Shown here in pieces: positions 16,133 to 23,270 of a stretch of 23,270 nt of DNA. The DNA is taken from the IMG/VR virus record IMGVR_UViG_2531839662_000011, one strand, 5' to 3'. This DNA comes from a virus. Taxonomy: Duplodnaviria; Heunggongvirae; Uroviricota; Caudoviricetes. Below the pieces are notes generated by a model, which did not search any database, had not been told where the DNA came from, and was given only the letters and a program-made list of their open reading frames with translations. Within the stretch, counting starts at the first letter, position 1; every line of letters starts with the position of its first letter. The translations under genes and the position numbers were made by a program.

Positions 16133-17038
16133 TGCATTCTCCTTCGTAACAGAGTCATTCAGTACAGAAACCATCACTTCAACGGCATCTGCAGCATTAA
16201 TCAGTTGATCAGCCAGGCCTGCATCAATGCCTGCCTGACCGTCATAAACGGCAGCCTCGGTATTCATCACCGCCTCTGAACTCAGCCCCGTATAAAGCGC
16301 CACCTTGTCGACAAACATCCGGCGGGCCTCATCAATACGGCGCTGAAAATCTGCACGCACACCTGCCGGCAATGCCTGAATACTGTTGCCGTCAACCTTA
16401 TGCTGCCCGGAGTAAATCAGCGTGATGTCCACCCCTTCCTGTGCCAGTTGTTTCTCGTAACTGGTGTGCGCCATCATCACGCCAATCGAACCAATTTTTG
16501 CCGTCTGCGTGACCAGCCGACGGGTACAGGCTGCCGCCAGCAACATGGCGGCTGAACAGGCCATGTCATTACACAGCGCCCACACGGGCTTCTGTTCCCG
16601 CAGACGGTAAATCATGTCAGCACAGTCAAACGCCCCGGCAGCCTGACCGCCCGGGCTGTCGATATCCAGCAAAATGCCGCGCACATCCGGATCATTCACC
16701 GCCATCTGAAGGCGGGCCGTCAGGCCGTCATAGCCAGTCATGCCGGAGTAAGGCCGCAGGGTACCCAGTTTATGCACCAGCGTGCCGCTCACCGGAAGAA
16801 TGGCGATGCCATTCTTCACCTGGTAACTCTTTGCCGGACGCTGACCGCCCGCCATATAGTCAGTCACAGCCAGTTGCATACCATCAGCATCAAGCTGAAC
16901 AGCCTGCTGAGGAACGGCAAGGCTGCCGGCTCCCATCTCTTTACCCAGCGCGCAAAAGAAAACCCGCGCATAGGCGGGTTCCAGTAAAAGCGGCTCATTA
17001 AATGCCATGGCGGCAATATGCGATAAATTACGACGCAT
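15422..17038 (-). CDS. C: head maturation protease/scaffold, lambda gpC-like (S49/ClpP-like), 538 aa
   Basis: Position after portal, protease-like N-terminal half, C-terminal scaffold region with tandem repeats. Confidence 0.9.
   Translation of the reverse strand: MRRNLSHIAAMAFNEPLLLEPAYARVFFCALGKEMGAGSLAVPQQAVQLDADGMQLAVTDYMAGGQRPAKSYQVKNGIAILPVSGTLVHKLGTLRPYSGMTGYDGLTARLQMAVNDPDVRGILLDIDSPGGQAAGAFDCADMIYRLREQKPVWALCNDMACSAAMLLAAACTRRLVTQTAKIGSIGVMMAHTSYEKQLAQEGVDITLIYSGQHKVDGNSIQALPAGVRADFQRRIDEARRMFVDKVALYTGLSSEAVMNTEAAVYDGQAGIDAGLADQLINAADAVEVMVSVLNDSVTKENAMTVKNLTVAEAVAQENQRVMGILNCQEAKGREQLAQMLAGQPGMTVEQAKTLLAAAPVAGTDSTGDQIMGLPEAKGREQLAQMLAGQPGMTVEQAKAFLAAAPAAGAAGTGDQIMALPEAKGREQLAQALAEQPGMTVDQAKTLLAAAPVAGSASVGDQIMALPEAKGREQLAQALTEQPGMTVAQAKTLLAAAPAASQPSQETLFDRFMAQHAASAVSGGGTAGRGEEDLLMSMP
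15530..16054 (-). repeat. tandem in-frame repeat, ~4 copies of 138 bp (46 aa), in scaffold-coding region
   Basis: Unit EAKGREQLAQ(M/A)LA(G/E)QPGMTV(E/D)QAK..LAAAP.AG....GDQIM.LP; in-frame MTV ATG codons at 15589, 15727, 15865, 16003. Confidence 0.85.
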
Positions 17039-18599
17039 CGACTTTTTCTCCCGTTGTCTGTCGGATCTGCTGCTGAAACGTGTCCTTTATCCAGATGGGG
17101 CGGGGAAGACCCGCTGCCTGTCGCTCCTGGCTTTCACGCAGTTGCTGGCGGAAAATCTCCTGATAGTCATCGCCCATCAGGGCCAGCTCTTTCTCATACG
17201 TGCTTAAACCACCTTCAATACGCATCACCGCTTCCTGCACTTCCTTAAGGCCATCAATCGCCATGCGACCGGCACCAATCCACTCGGCACGACACCATCC
17301 GGAACGGGCCTCCCAGAATGAAAAACGGGATTTCGGCGGGCGGATCACACCGCGAATAAGTGCTTCCTCCAGCCAGCAGGCAAACATCTGTGATGCCAGT
17401 CGACTGGCCACAAATTTTCGTTTGCCCATAAAATACCGCCACGACTCATTGGCGGATGCCCTGGCACTGGAATAACTGACCTGTGAATAATCACGGGAAA
17501 GCTGTTCATAGGACACCCCCAGTCCGGCAGCGATGTAACGTAACAGCGCCTTTTCCAGTTCAGAGAAACCATTATCTGCATTCTGCGCTGTCTGCAGATT
17601 CAGTGAATCCCCCGGATAAAGATGCGGAATACGGACCCCGCCCAGCTTTACCGTATTGGTGGCGTAATAACGCGCGTAGCCTTTCATGATGGTGTTCAGG
17701 GGATTTTTACCGCCATCTCCCACCCCGGCGATATATTCAAATGCTTTTTCCGAATCCAGCGTGGATTCAATCGTCGCGGCATACATCGCCCGCACCACCG
17801 CCGACTGCAGTTGCGTGGCCTGCAGTGTGTCGAGCATCTTGAGGCGCTCCATGACAGAATAAAACTGGTTGGCCCCGCGCGTCTGTCCGTCCTCCTGCGG
17901 CTGAAACACATGGATCATTCCCGGTCGCCCGGAGGGCAGCGTCGCCGCAATCCGCGTCCAGTTGCTGACACCGTAACCGGGCCAGTCATCTTCCTGAACA
18001 TGGTAGGCCAGTGCTTTTCCGTACCGGTTGATTTCCACCCCGGCACGCATAAAACGATCGCCGGTACCATAACCGGGTGTACTGACACGTTTCGGGCTGA
18101 TGGTTTTGAATTTCGTCCGGAATAATGACGTGGATTCCGTATCCCATACGGGCTGGACAAAAATTTCACCGTTAAATGTATGAACGCCCACCCCTTCACG
18201 AATAAATTCGGTAAACGAGCGACGCCCCTCCACATCCATCGAACCAAACACCGGATCGCAGAATTCCATCCACGCCGCCTCCACATCTTCAATAAAGGCA
18301 TGTGAATCGGCTTCCGACATCCCCAGCCAGCGCCAGTTGGGCCGGTAACTCAGACGAAACATGTGTCCGACGATATGGTCTTTATGAATTTCAACGGCGT
18401 TTGCGGCAATACCGTTATTGCGGACCAGATCATCCGCACGGGCGTTACCCAGCTGAATGGAAGGTAAGAGCGCCACGTCGGCACTTTCCGGTGCAGGCAG
18501 CCATTCCGCAAGCTGCCCGCCAAATCCGGTACCCCCTCCGGAATACCCCATACTCTGCCGCAGTGGCTGCCCGTGAAGATCCACCAGTTCCCCGTTCAC
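17028..18599 (-). CDS. B: portal protein, lambda gpB-like, 523 aa
   Basis: GYSGGGTGFGGQL...GNARADDLVRNNG matches lambda B; GTG start overlapping W stop. Confidence 0.95.
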   Translation of the reverse strand: MNGELVDLHGQPLRQSMGYSGGGTGFGGQLAEWLPAPESADVALLPSIQLGNARADDLVRNNGIAANAVEIHKDHIVGHMFRLSYRPNWRWLGMSEADSHAFIEDVEAAWMEFCDPVFGSMDVEGRRSFTEFIREGVGVHTFNGEIFVQPVWDTESTSLFRTKFKTISPKRVSTPGYGTGDRFMRAGVEINRYGKALAYHVQEDDWPGYGVSNWTRIAATLPSGRPGMIHVFQPQEDGQTRGANQFYSVMERLKMLDTLQATQLQSAVVRAMYAATIESTLDSEKAFEYIAGVGDGGKNPLNTIMKGYARYYATNTVKLGGVRIPHLYPGDSLNLQTAQNADNGFSELEKALLRYIAAGLGVSYEQLSRDYSQVSYSSARASANESWRYFMGKRKFVASRLASQMFACWLEEALIRGVIRPPKSRFSFWEARSGWCRAEWIGAGRMAIDGLKEVQEAVMRIEGGLSTYEKELALMGDDYQEIFRQQLRESQERQAAGLPRPIWIKDTFQQQIRQTTGEKVDAS

Positions 18600-18805
18600 A
18601 GCCCCACTCCTGCCGGGCCGCGACGCCGTCCGGATACGCCCAGCGCACTTTCCAGCTCTTCAATATACTGACGCAGTTCACCAATCGTCGCCCGCGAATA
18701 CTGAACCTGACGCCCGTCCTTGCTGACGGAAACCACAGCACGTCCGATCATCAGTTCATGTAATGCCCGGCGGGCATCACAAAGCATTTCATGCGTATAA
18801 ACCAT
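18596..18805 (-). CDS. W: head-tail joining protein, lambda gpW-like, 69 aa
   Basis: ARRALHELM.G...VSKDGRQVQY...EL.QYIEELE...RRRGPAG matches lambda W; GGAGGA SD. Confidence 0.85.
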   Translation of the reverse strand: MVYTHEMLCDARRALHELMIGRAVVSVSKDGRQVQYSRATIGELRQYIEELESALGVSGRRRGPAGVGL

Positions 18806-18808
18806 TCT

Positions 18809-20725
18809 TTATCCTCCACTCAGTGCAGCCGCGATTTCTTCCAGACTCATCTCATCGTCGTCCTGCTCATCTCTTCTGGCACGGGCCAGTGCTTCAAGAT
18901 CCAGCTGCCACCGCTGAACTGAAATACGCAGGGCAGCATAGGCATATACCAGGCAGTCGAGGGCTTCGTTGCGTCGCCCTTTTTTATCCCACAGCAGTTT
19001 CACCCTGCCATTAACCACCTTCTCCACCAGCTCTTCCGCCACGATCTGACGCGCCTCTTCTTCCGAAAAAATGTCGGGGTTATCAGGAAAACGGAAGGTG
19101 TACGGGGCGGCTTCACTGGCAGAGACCACTGGCAGGGCAAAACGGGCGTACAGCATTTCCTTGACGGTATCGGAGCCCACCTCACACAAAAACACACCAC
19201 GCTGGTTGCGCTTTTTGGGCATGGTGATCACCGGCTTGCCGTACACCGATGCCCCTTTTATGGGAAGCACAAAAAAAGTGCCGTGTTTCCTTGAACGCTG
19301 ATACACAATGTCCTGGTCGATACCACCGGTATCCCAGCAGACACGGGAAATGGAAATTTCAGTACCGTCAGCATGACGATATTTTTTCCGGATCACCGTA
19401 TCAACACGTTTAAGGGTGTCCTCGTCTTCCGGTCGCCCCATGATAATTTGCTTATCAATCAGAAAGGCTTCTTCGCCGGGAGCCCAGCCCCAGACATAAA
19501 TTTCATAGCGATCTTTCTGGGAGTCGATCCCGGCGGTCAGGTAAACCACCCGCAGGGGAACCTGCGCACCATAGTGGCAGACCTTTTCCAGTAACAACTC
19601 AAAACTCAGCTTTTCTGCCACAGCCTCTTCATAGGGCTCCCCGAGCGTGGTGTTAATAAACGTCTTGACGCCGTTCGGATCCTTCAGCGCATCCAGCCAG
19701 TCATAAACAATCTGTACCCAGGTGGTGAACGGACTATACGCCGTCCAGATGTGGAAAGTGACGGAGCGCGGCGGTGGCATCTCCTCATCGCCGGCGCTGT
19801 AAAATGCCAGGCCGTCGCGCGTCCACATCCCGGTATTGTCACAAATCCAGCGCCCGTCGGTCTGGTCAAGTTCCGACTGCCGGATCACACAGCCATTATG
19901 TTCACACAGGTAATACACCGTTTCCGGTTTACCCTTCTCCCATTTCAGGCCAAATGGCGTCGCATCATCGCCAAACTTCAGATACTGGGCCTCCCCGCAA
20001 TGAGGGCAAGGGACATAAAACCGCATGAAATGCGCTGATTCATTTGCGGCTTTCTCAATCTGGCAGGAGCCTTTAATTTTTGGCGTTGAGCCACGTATGG
20101 ATTTAGGCCATACCGAGCCTTCGATACGCTTATCGCCAAGCAGCGTCGGCGAACCTTCTTTTTCCACATCCGGTTCAAACGAGGAGAGTTCGTCATAGCA
20201 GACCACATCCACAGATTTTTCACGGTAGTTTTTAGCAGCGGCGCCGCCAAGGCACCAGAAACCCACACCGGAGGAAAAACGCTTCAGGGTGAGTGTATTA
20301 TCGCGGTGCTTTCTTCCGAACCATGGAGCCAGCTCCAGCAATGCAGGAACATCCCTGATCGTTGGCTCAACATGAGATTTCATGAAATCTTCTGCAGCAG
20401 AATCTGTTGGCTGAAAAAGCAGACTGTTACGGGATTTATGCTCAATAAAATAAGCCTCCACCCCCAACAGCATTTTGGTGTAACCAACGCGCGCCGATTT
20501 AATCAGATTAACGGTGCGGATCCGGTCATTTCCCATGCTGTTCATAATGGCAAGCTGAAACGGCAGGGTTTCCCATTGTCCGGGAGTGTATGAAGATTCT
20601 TTCGGCAGATAATAATGTTGATCAGCCCACTGAACCGTCGTCAGTGGAACCGGAATATTGAGAGATAAAAGCCCTGTAGCTATCGCACCGGCTGCATTAG
20701 CTGCCTTCTGTGCGTCTGAAATCAT
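18809..20725 (-). CDS. A: terminase large subunit, lambda gpA-like
   Basis: [56 protein letters not shown] match lambda A; start taken at ATG 20725 (track 20767 also possible). Confidence 0.95.
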   Translation of the reverse strand: MISDAQKAANAAGAIATGLLSLNIPVPLTTVQWADQHYYLPKESSYTPGQWETLPFQLAIMNSMGNDRIRTVNLIKSARVGYTKMLLGVEAYFIEHKSRNSLLFQPTDSAAEDFMKSHVEPTIRDVPALLELAPWFGRKHRDNTLTLKRFSSGVGFWCLGGAAAKNYREKSVDVVCYDELSSFEPDVEKEGSPTLLGDKRIEGSVWPKSIRGSTPKIKGSCQIEKAANESAHFMRFYVPCPHCGEAQYLKFGDDATPFGLKWEKGKPETVYYLCEHNGCVIRQSELDQTDGRWICDNTGMWTRDGLAFYSAGDEEMPPPRSVTFHIWTAYSPFTTWVQIVYDWLDALKDPNGVKTFINTTLGEPYEEAVAEKLSFELLLEKVCHYGAQVPLRVVYLTAGIDSQKDRYEIYVWGWAPGEEAFLIDKQIIMGRPEDEDTLKRVDTVIRKKYRHADGTEISISRVCWDTGGIDQDIVYQRSRKHGTFFVLPIKGASVYGKPVITMPKKRNQRGVFLCEVGSDTVKEMLYARFALPVVSASEAAPYTFRFPDNPDIFSEEEARQIVAEELVEKVVNGRVKLLWDKKGRRNEALDCLVYAYAALRISVQRWQLDLEALARARRDEQDDDEMSLEEIAAALSGG

Positions 20726-21245
20726 CAATCCACCTGCCCACGTTTTCACCGGCTTTAGCTGCAACATTGGAGGCTTTCGCGATTTCAGTTTTCACCACAT
20801 CAAGGTGTGACGGTGAAATATCCGGATATTTACGCTGTAATGTCAGCGGCACACGTACAAGTATCCCCGAAATCTCCTGTGCCACACGTTGCAGAATGAA
20901 GGTAAACAATTCTGTTTCCAGCACCAGCCCTTCTTCACGGGCATTTTTCAGCTCCTGTGCGTCAGCCTGTGCTTTGGTTAACCGGTAGCGTTCATAGTCA
21001 ATGGTGCCGGGTTGTAAATCTGATTCTGCAGTCGCACGCAAATCTTCCAGTTCTTTGCGGAGCTTTTCGTTTTCGATATCTTTTTCCCGCTGCGCATACC
21101 ACTCAATGGCTTCTGCAGTATTGAACATGGCTTCGATACCTTTGCCTCCCCCCGACAAAACTCTCAGCCCCTGACTTTGCCAGCCAGTGATTGTTCTGAC
21201 ATCGCACTCAAAAATTTCCGCCAGTTTCTTTTTGTTAACCTTCAC
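20697..21245 (-). CDS. nu1: terminase small subunit, lambda Nu1-like, 182 aa
   Basis: [10 protein letters not shown]...RTI..WQ.QG..VL.GGGKG...ENEKLR.E.E.LR...[26 protein letters not shown] matches lambda Nu1; GTG start. Confidence 0.9.
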   Translation of the reverse strand: MKVNKKKLAEIFECDVRTITGWQSQGLRVLSGGGKGIEAMFNTAEAIEWYAQREKDIENEKLRKELEDLRATAESDLQPGTIDYERYRLTKAQADAQELKNAREEGLVLETELFTFILQRVAQEISGILVRVPLTLQRKYPDISPSHLDVVKTEIAKASNVAAKAGENVGRWIDDFRRTEGS

Positions 21246-21440
21246 GGCACATATTCCTCACAAAAAGAAGAAAGGATCTCAAAACGCTTTTTTCAGCGAA
21301 AAATCACCGCTGCCAGATCCTTTCTTTTTTTTAAGAAAACTCTATTAAACAACAGGTTAGCCAGAAGAAGAACGGATCTGCTTTTTCCCTGAAAATTTTC
21401 ATAAATAGCGCGTTTTTGCGCGTCCCCAGACCCTCGGTGT
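21246..21440 (-). promoter_or_regulatory. cos site: cosB with R3/R2/R1-like repeats and cosN candidate
   Basis: revcomp of 21381-21410 has CGCTATTTATGAAAATTTTC identical to lambda; GATCC(G/T)TTCTT repeats at ~21363-21380, 21313-21330 (inverted), 21263-21285; cosN candidate ~21415-21440. Confidence 0.6.
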
Positions 21441-21546
21441 TTCAGGTTCCAGAAAGGACCCGTTGAAATGGGAGTAATTATCATTTACACGCTCTAACAC
21501 CTGCATTATCGCAACCCCTCACACAGAAGGGCTGCTGTAATGCCTG

Positions 21547-21945
21547 TTACTCACGAATCAGGCGAGCACTCTTACCATTCATTTCAATACGCGAATACTG
21601 CGGTTTACCATCAATGATGTCTGTCATCACGAACATCTCACCCGGCTGCAGTTCAACTACTGCGCCTTCCGGCAATTTCATGCAGGCAAATACCGGACAA
21701 CCAGGATGACGATCATCTTCTGTTGCTTCCAGCATTGACTCACCAAACCACTCCGTCGTGGCGCGACCATCAGCTGCTTTGTAGTGGATCAAGTACTGGT
21801 TTTCGCCATCCGCATACTGCGCGCGGGCTTTAACCTCACCCCATTCATCACTGATGCGCATCTCCACCAGTTGAGACAACTCAAACTTAAACGGAGCAGC
21901 ATCAGCACCAATTACAATCGGTTTGCTTTCTGTTTTTTCCATCAT
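21547..21945 (-). CDS. hypothetical protein, 132 aa, between lysis region and cos
   Basis: ATG 21945 or 21942 with AGGAGA SD; protein-like composition; no family recognised. Confidence 0.5.
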   Translation of the reverse strand: MMEKTESKPIVIGADAAPFKFELSQLVEMRISDEWGEVKARAQYADGENQYLIHYKAADGRATTEWFGESMLEATEDDRHPGCPVFACMKLPEGAVVELQPGEMFVMTDIIDGKPQYSRIEMNGKSARLIRE

Positions 21946-22116
21946 CGTCTCCTGATATCAAAGCCCGTCGCCGCACCGGGCACTGATCAACATTTGAGTA
22001 TTCGCGGCGACAGAAAGAATTTATTTTATTGAGTAGCCACAAACACAGAATTTCATGCTTTCCGGACGCTGGCGCACTCTTCATTTTTCAGCAAAATATT
22101 CTGCTCTTACAGGCGA

Positions 22117-22293
22117 TCAGTTCTGCAGACACTGCCGAACACCGTCGACAATTTCACAGACCAGAGAAGCGGTATCGAAAAGCTGGCGCGCTTTATCCAG
22201 GCTGACGCATCCCACCAATAAAAAAGGCACCAGTATCGCTACCCATTTCGCCGCCGTTCGCGGCATTCTGTGTGTCCAGTGTTTTCGCGTCAT
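22117..22293 (-). CDS. small lipoprotein, 58 aa (lipobox LLVGC)
   Basis: Hand-translated MTRKHWTHRMPRTAAKWVAILVPFLLVGCVSLDKARQLF...: basic n-region, hydrophobic core, L-V-G-C lipobox; ATG 1 nt after upstream stop. Confidence 0.4.
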   Translation of the reverse strand: MTRKHWTHRMPRTAAKWVAILVPFLLVGCVSLDKARQLFDTASLVCEIVDGVRQCLQN

Positions 22294-22294
22294 A

Positions 22295-22408
22295 TCACCA
22301 CCAACGCACAGCCCAAATCAGAACAGCGACCGCCACAAGGCGAATTGCAAAGGCCGCAGCCCTTGTCAAATCAAGGCTCGCGGGAGTTTCCACTTCAATA
22401 CCTTTCAT
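22295..22408 (-). CDS. small membrane peptide, 37 aa
   Basis: MKGIEVETPASLDLTRAAAFAIRLVAVAVLIWAVRWW: single C-terminal hydrophobic helix; coupled to lipoprotein ORF; weak SD. Confidence 0.3.
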   Translation of the reverse strand: MKGIEVETPASLDLTRAAAFAIRLVAVAVLIWAVRWW

Positions 22409-22504
22409 AATGGACAACCTCAAAAAGAATCTTTTATACTTTCCCACGAGGATTTTCTCCGTACTCACTACTCACAATTTCCTCTCTGACGTGAAAACTC
22501 AAAA

Positions 22505-22547
22505 CCCCGGACTGTTCCAGCAGCCGGGGTTTGTTTTTTTTATTTAC
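22505..22547. terminator. bidirectional intrinsic terminator
   Basis: Stem CCCCGG(22505-22510)/CCGGGG(22524-22529); TTTGTTTTTTTTATTT on + side, TTTTGAGTTTTC on - side. Confidence 0.5.
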
Positions 22548-22821
22548 TGCCCTGGGTGCGGCATCTGGCTATTTCATTCCTGGCTTTACTGTCACCGCGA
22601 CAGATACAACGCACCGTGTCTCCGGTCAACGTGGTAATGTAAGCCTCATCCTCTTTTTCTACCGGAATACATGGAATATCCCCGCCCCGGCAATACTCAA
22701 TTTTTGCTGCAAGATGAGTGTCACGCGGATAGAACTCCAGACGATACATATCTCCCAGGACATGCACTTCCTCAACCTGGCGACCATCTTCAGTTACGGT
22801 AATTTTTTTCAGTGCGTACAT
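22540..22821 (-). CDS. hypothetical Cys-containing protein, 93 aa
   Basis: In-frame ATG 22821-22819 with GGAGGT 5 nt upstream; track start 22890 (TTG) would run through a terminator hairpin. Confidence 0.45.
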   Translation of the reverse strand: MYALKKITVTEDGRQVEEVHVLGDMYRLEFYPRDTHLAAKIEYCRGGDIPCIPVEKEDEAYITTLTGDTVRCICRGDSKARNEIARCRTQGSK

Positions 22822-22848
22822 ACGTACCTCCGTTCTTTCGTTTTTTGA

Positions 22849-22874
22849 GCAATAAAAAAGCCGCTCATGGCGGC
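22849..22874 (-). terminator. short intrinsic terminator/attenuator after endolysin
   Basis: GC stem GCCGC(22860-22864)/GCGGC(22870-22874), 5-nt loop, then TTTTTTATTG on - strand. Confidence 0.35.
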
Positions 22875-22891
22875 CCTGTATGTTTTGCAAG

Positions 22892-23270
22892 CTATCGCTT
22901 CAATTGAAAATGAGGCCCGTCTTTCAGTGTTTTCCAGTCCCCGCCCCATTCGATGGCAGTTCCCAGCTCTGCGGCAGCCTGCTTAAATGCCTGCGCGATT
23001 TTCTCGTACAGAGGCCAGTCCCATGACACCTGGCTGCCAACCCAGGCCACAACATCCACCGCATCACCGGTCAGGTGGCGGCTGTTCATGGTCTGGCTCT
23101 TGCCTTCTGCAACCGGCGGAGGTAATGCCAGAAATGCCGACACAATATCAACCACCCGATAAAGCTTGAGGTTGCTTTCATGCCCCCCTGCAACGGGTAG
23201 ATTTTGCAGCCTTGCCGCAGCAGTCTGGCGATGTACACCTGACAGTGCCGCCAGTTGACTGATATTCAGC
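22892..23270 (-). CDS. endolysin, peptidase M15 family (T5 Lys-like), N-terminus beyond window
   Basis: SRHLTGDAVDV...FKQAAAELGTAIEWGGDW...DGPHFQL matches T5 endolysin SKHITGDAIDF...FEQAGKELGIKLRFGADW...DGGHVEL; frame open to window edge (no stop 23156-23270). Confidence 0.75.
   Translation of the reverse strand, partial: LNISQLAALSGVHRQTAAARLQNLPVAGGHESNLKLYRVVDIVSAFLALPPPVAEGKSQTMNSRHLTGDAVDVVAWVGSQVSWDWPLYEKIAQAFKQAAAELGTAIEWGGDWKTLKDGPHFQLKR

Larger units (their letters stand above)
9051..23270 (-). mobile_element. cos-type prophage late region (lambda-like lysis/cos/head module plus P2-like baseplate module), partial
   Basis: Collinear lambda-like Nu1-A-W-B-C-D-E-FI-FII and P2-like V-W-J-I-H on - strand. 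Confidence 0.85.

Noticed and set aside
17622-18125. 167-aa + strand ORF opposite the portal gene
   Set aside because: Antisense to the portal homolog; Arg/His-rich and not protein-like. Same reasoning applies to other + strand ORFs within 9400-21200 (e.g. 11264-11854, 15896-16279, 18302-18763).
21902-22084. 60-aa - strand ORF overlapping the start of the 132-aa gene
   Set aside because: Different frame overlapping a better-supported gene and its RBS; no SD.
22055-22489. 144-aa + strand ORF ending 15 nt before the bidirectional terminator (also 22272-22637)
   Set aside because: No SD and a Ser/Arg/His/Cys-rich, non-protein-like composition; the second ORF runs through the terminator hairpin. 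The - strand small ORFs have clearer signals. Not fully excluded because the terminator does have a strong + side T-run.

Overview
The whole 23.3-kb window is prophage DNA and appears to hold the junction of two unrelated phage genomes. (1) Positions 1 to ~9050: the left-end ~9 kb of a Mu-like transposable phage, inverted relative to the window. It has an Xre/CI-type repressor on the + strand, then on the - strand ner, a MuA-type DDE transposase, a MuB-type AAA+ ATPase and a chain of small, mostly translationally coupled early genes of unknown function. The transposase frame is broken by an in-frame TAG after codon 56. (2) Positions ~9051 to 23270: the late region of a cos-type prophage, all on the - strand: M15-type endolysin (runs off the window), small moron-like genes, a lambda-like cos site, Nu1/A terminase, W, portal B, C protease with Nu3-like scaffold (carrying a 4x tandem 138-bp in-frame repeat), D, E, FI, FII, a Z-like protein, then P2-type baseplate genes V, W, J, I and the first 117 codons of a tail-fibre gene that stops abruptly at the Mu-like end. 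Interpretation: a Mu-like element transposed into the tail-fibre gene of a resident lambda-head/P2-baseplate prophage. The best candidate for an undescribed accessory function is a 181-aa gene bracketed by ~70-bp direct hairpin repeats in the Mu-like early region (2112-2811); a small-membrane-peptide plus lipoprotein pair between lysis genes and cos is a second candidate. No rRNA, tRNA or CRISPR was recognised. All homology statements come from memory of lambda, P2, Mu and T5 protein families; no searches were run. Many ORF-track starts are GTG/TTG, so starts were re-read from the sequence where stated.
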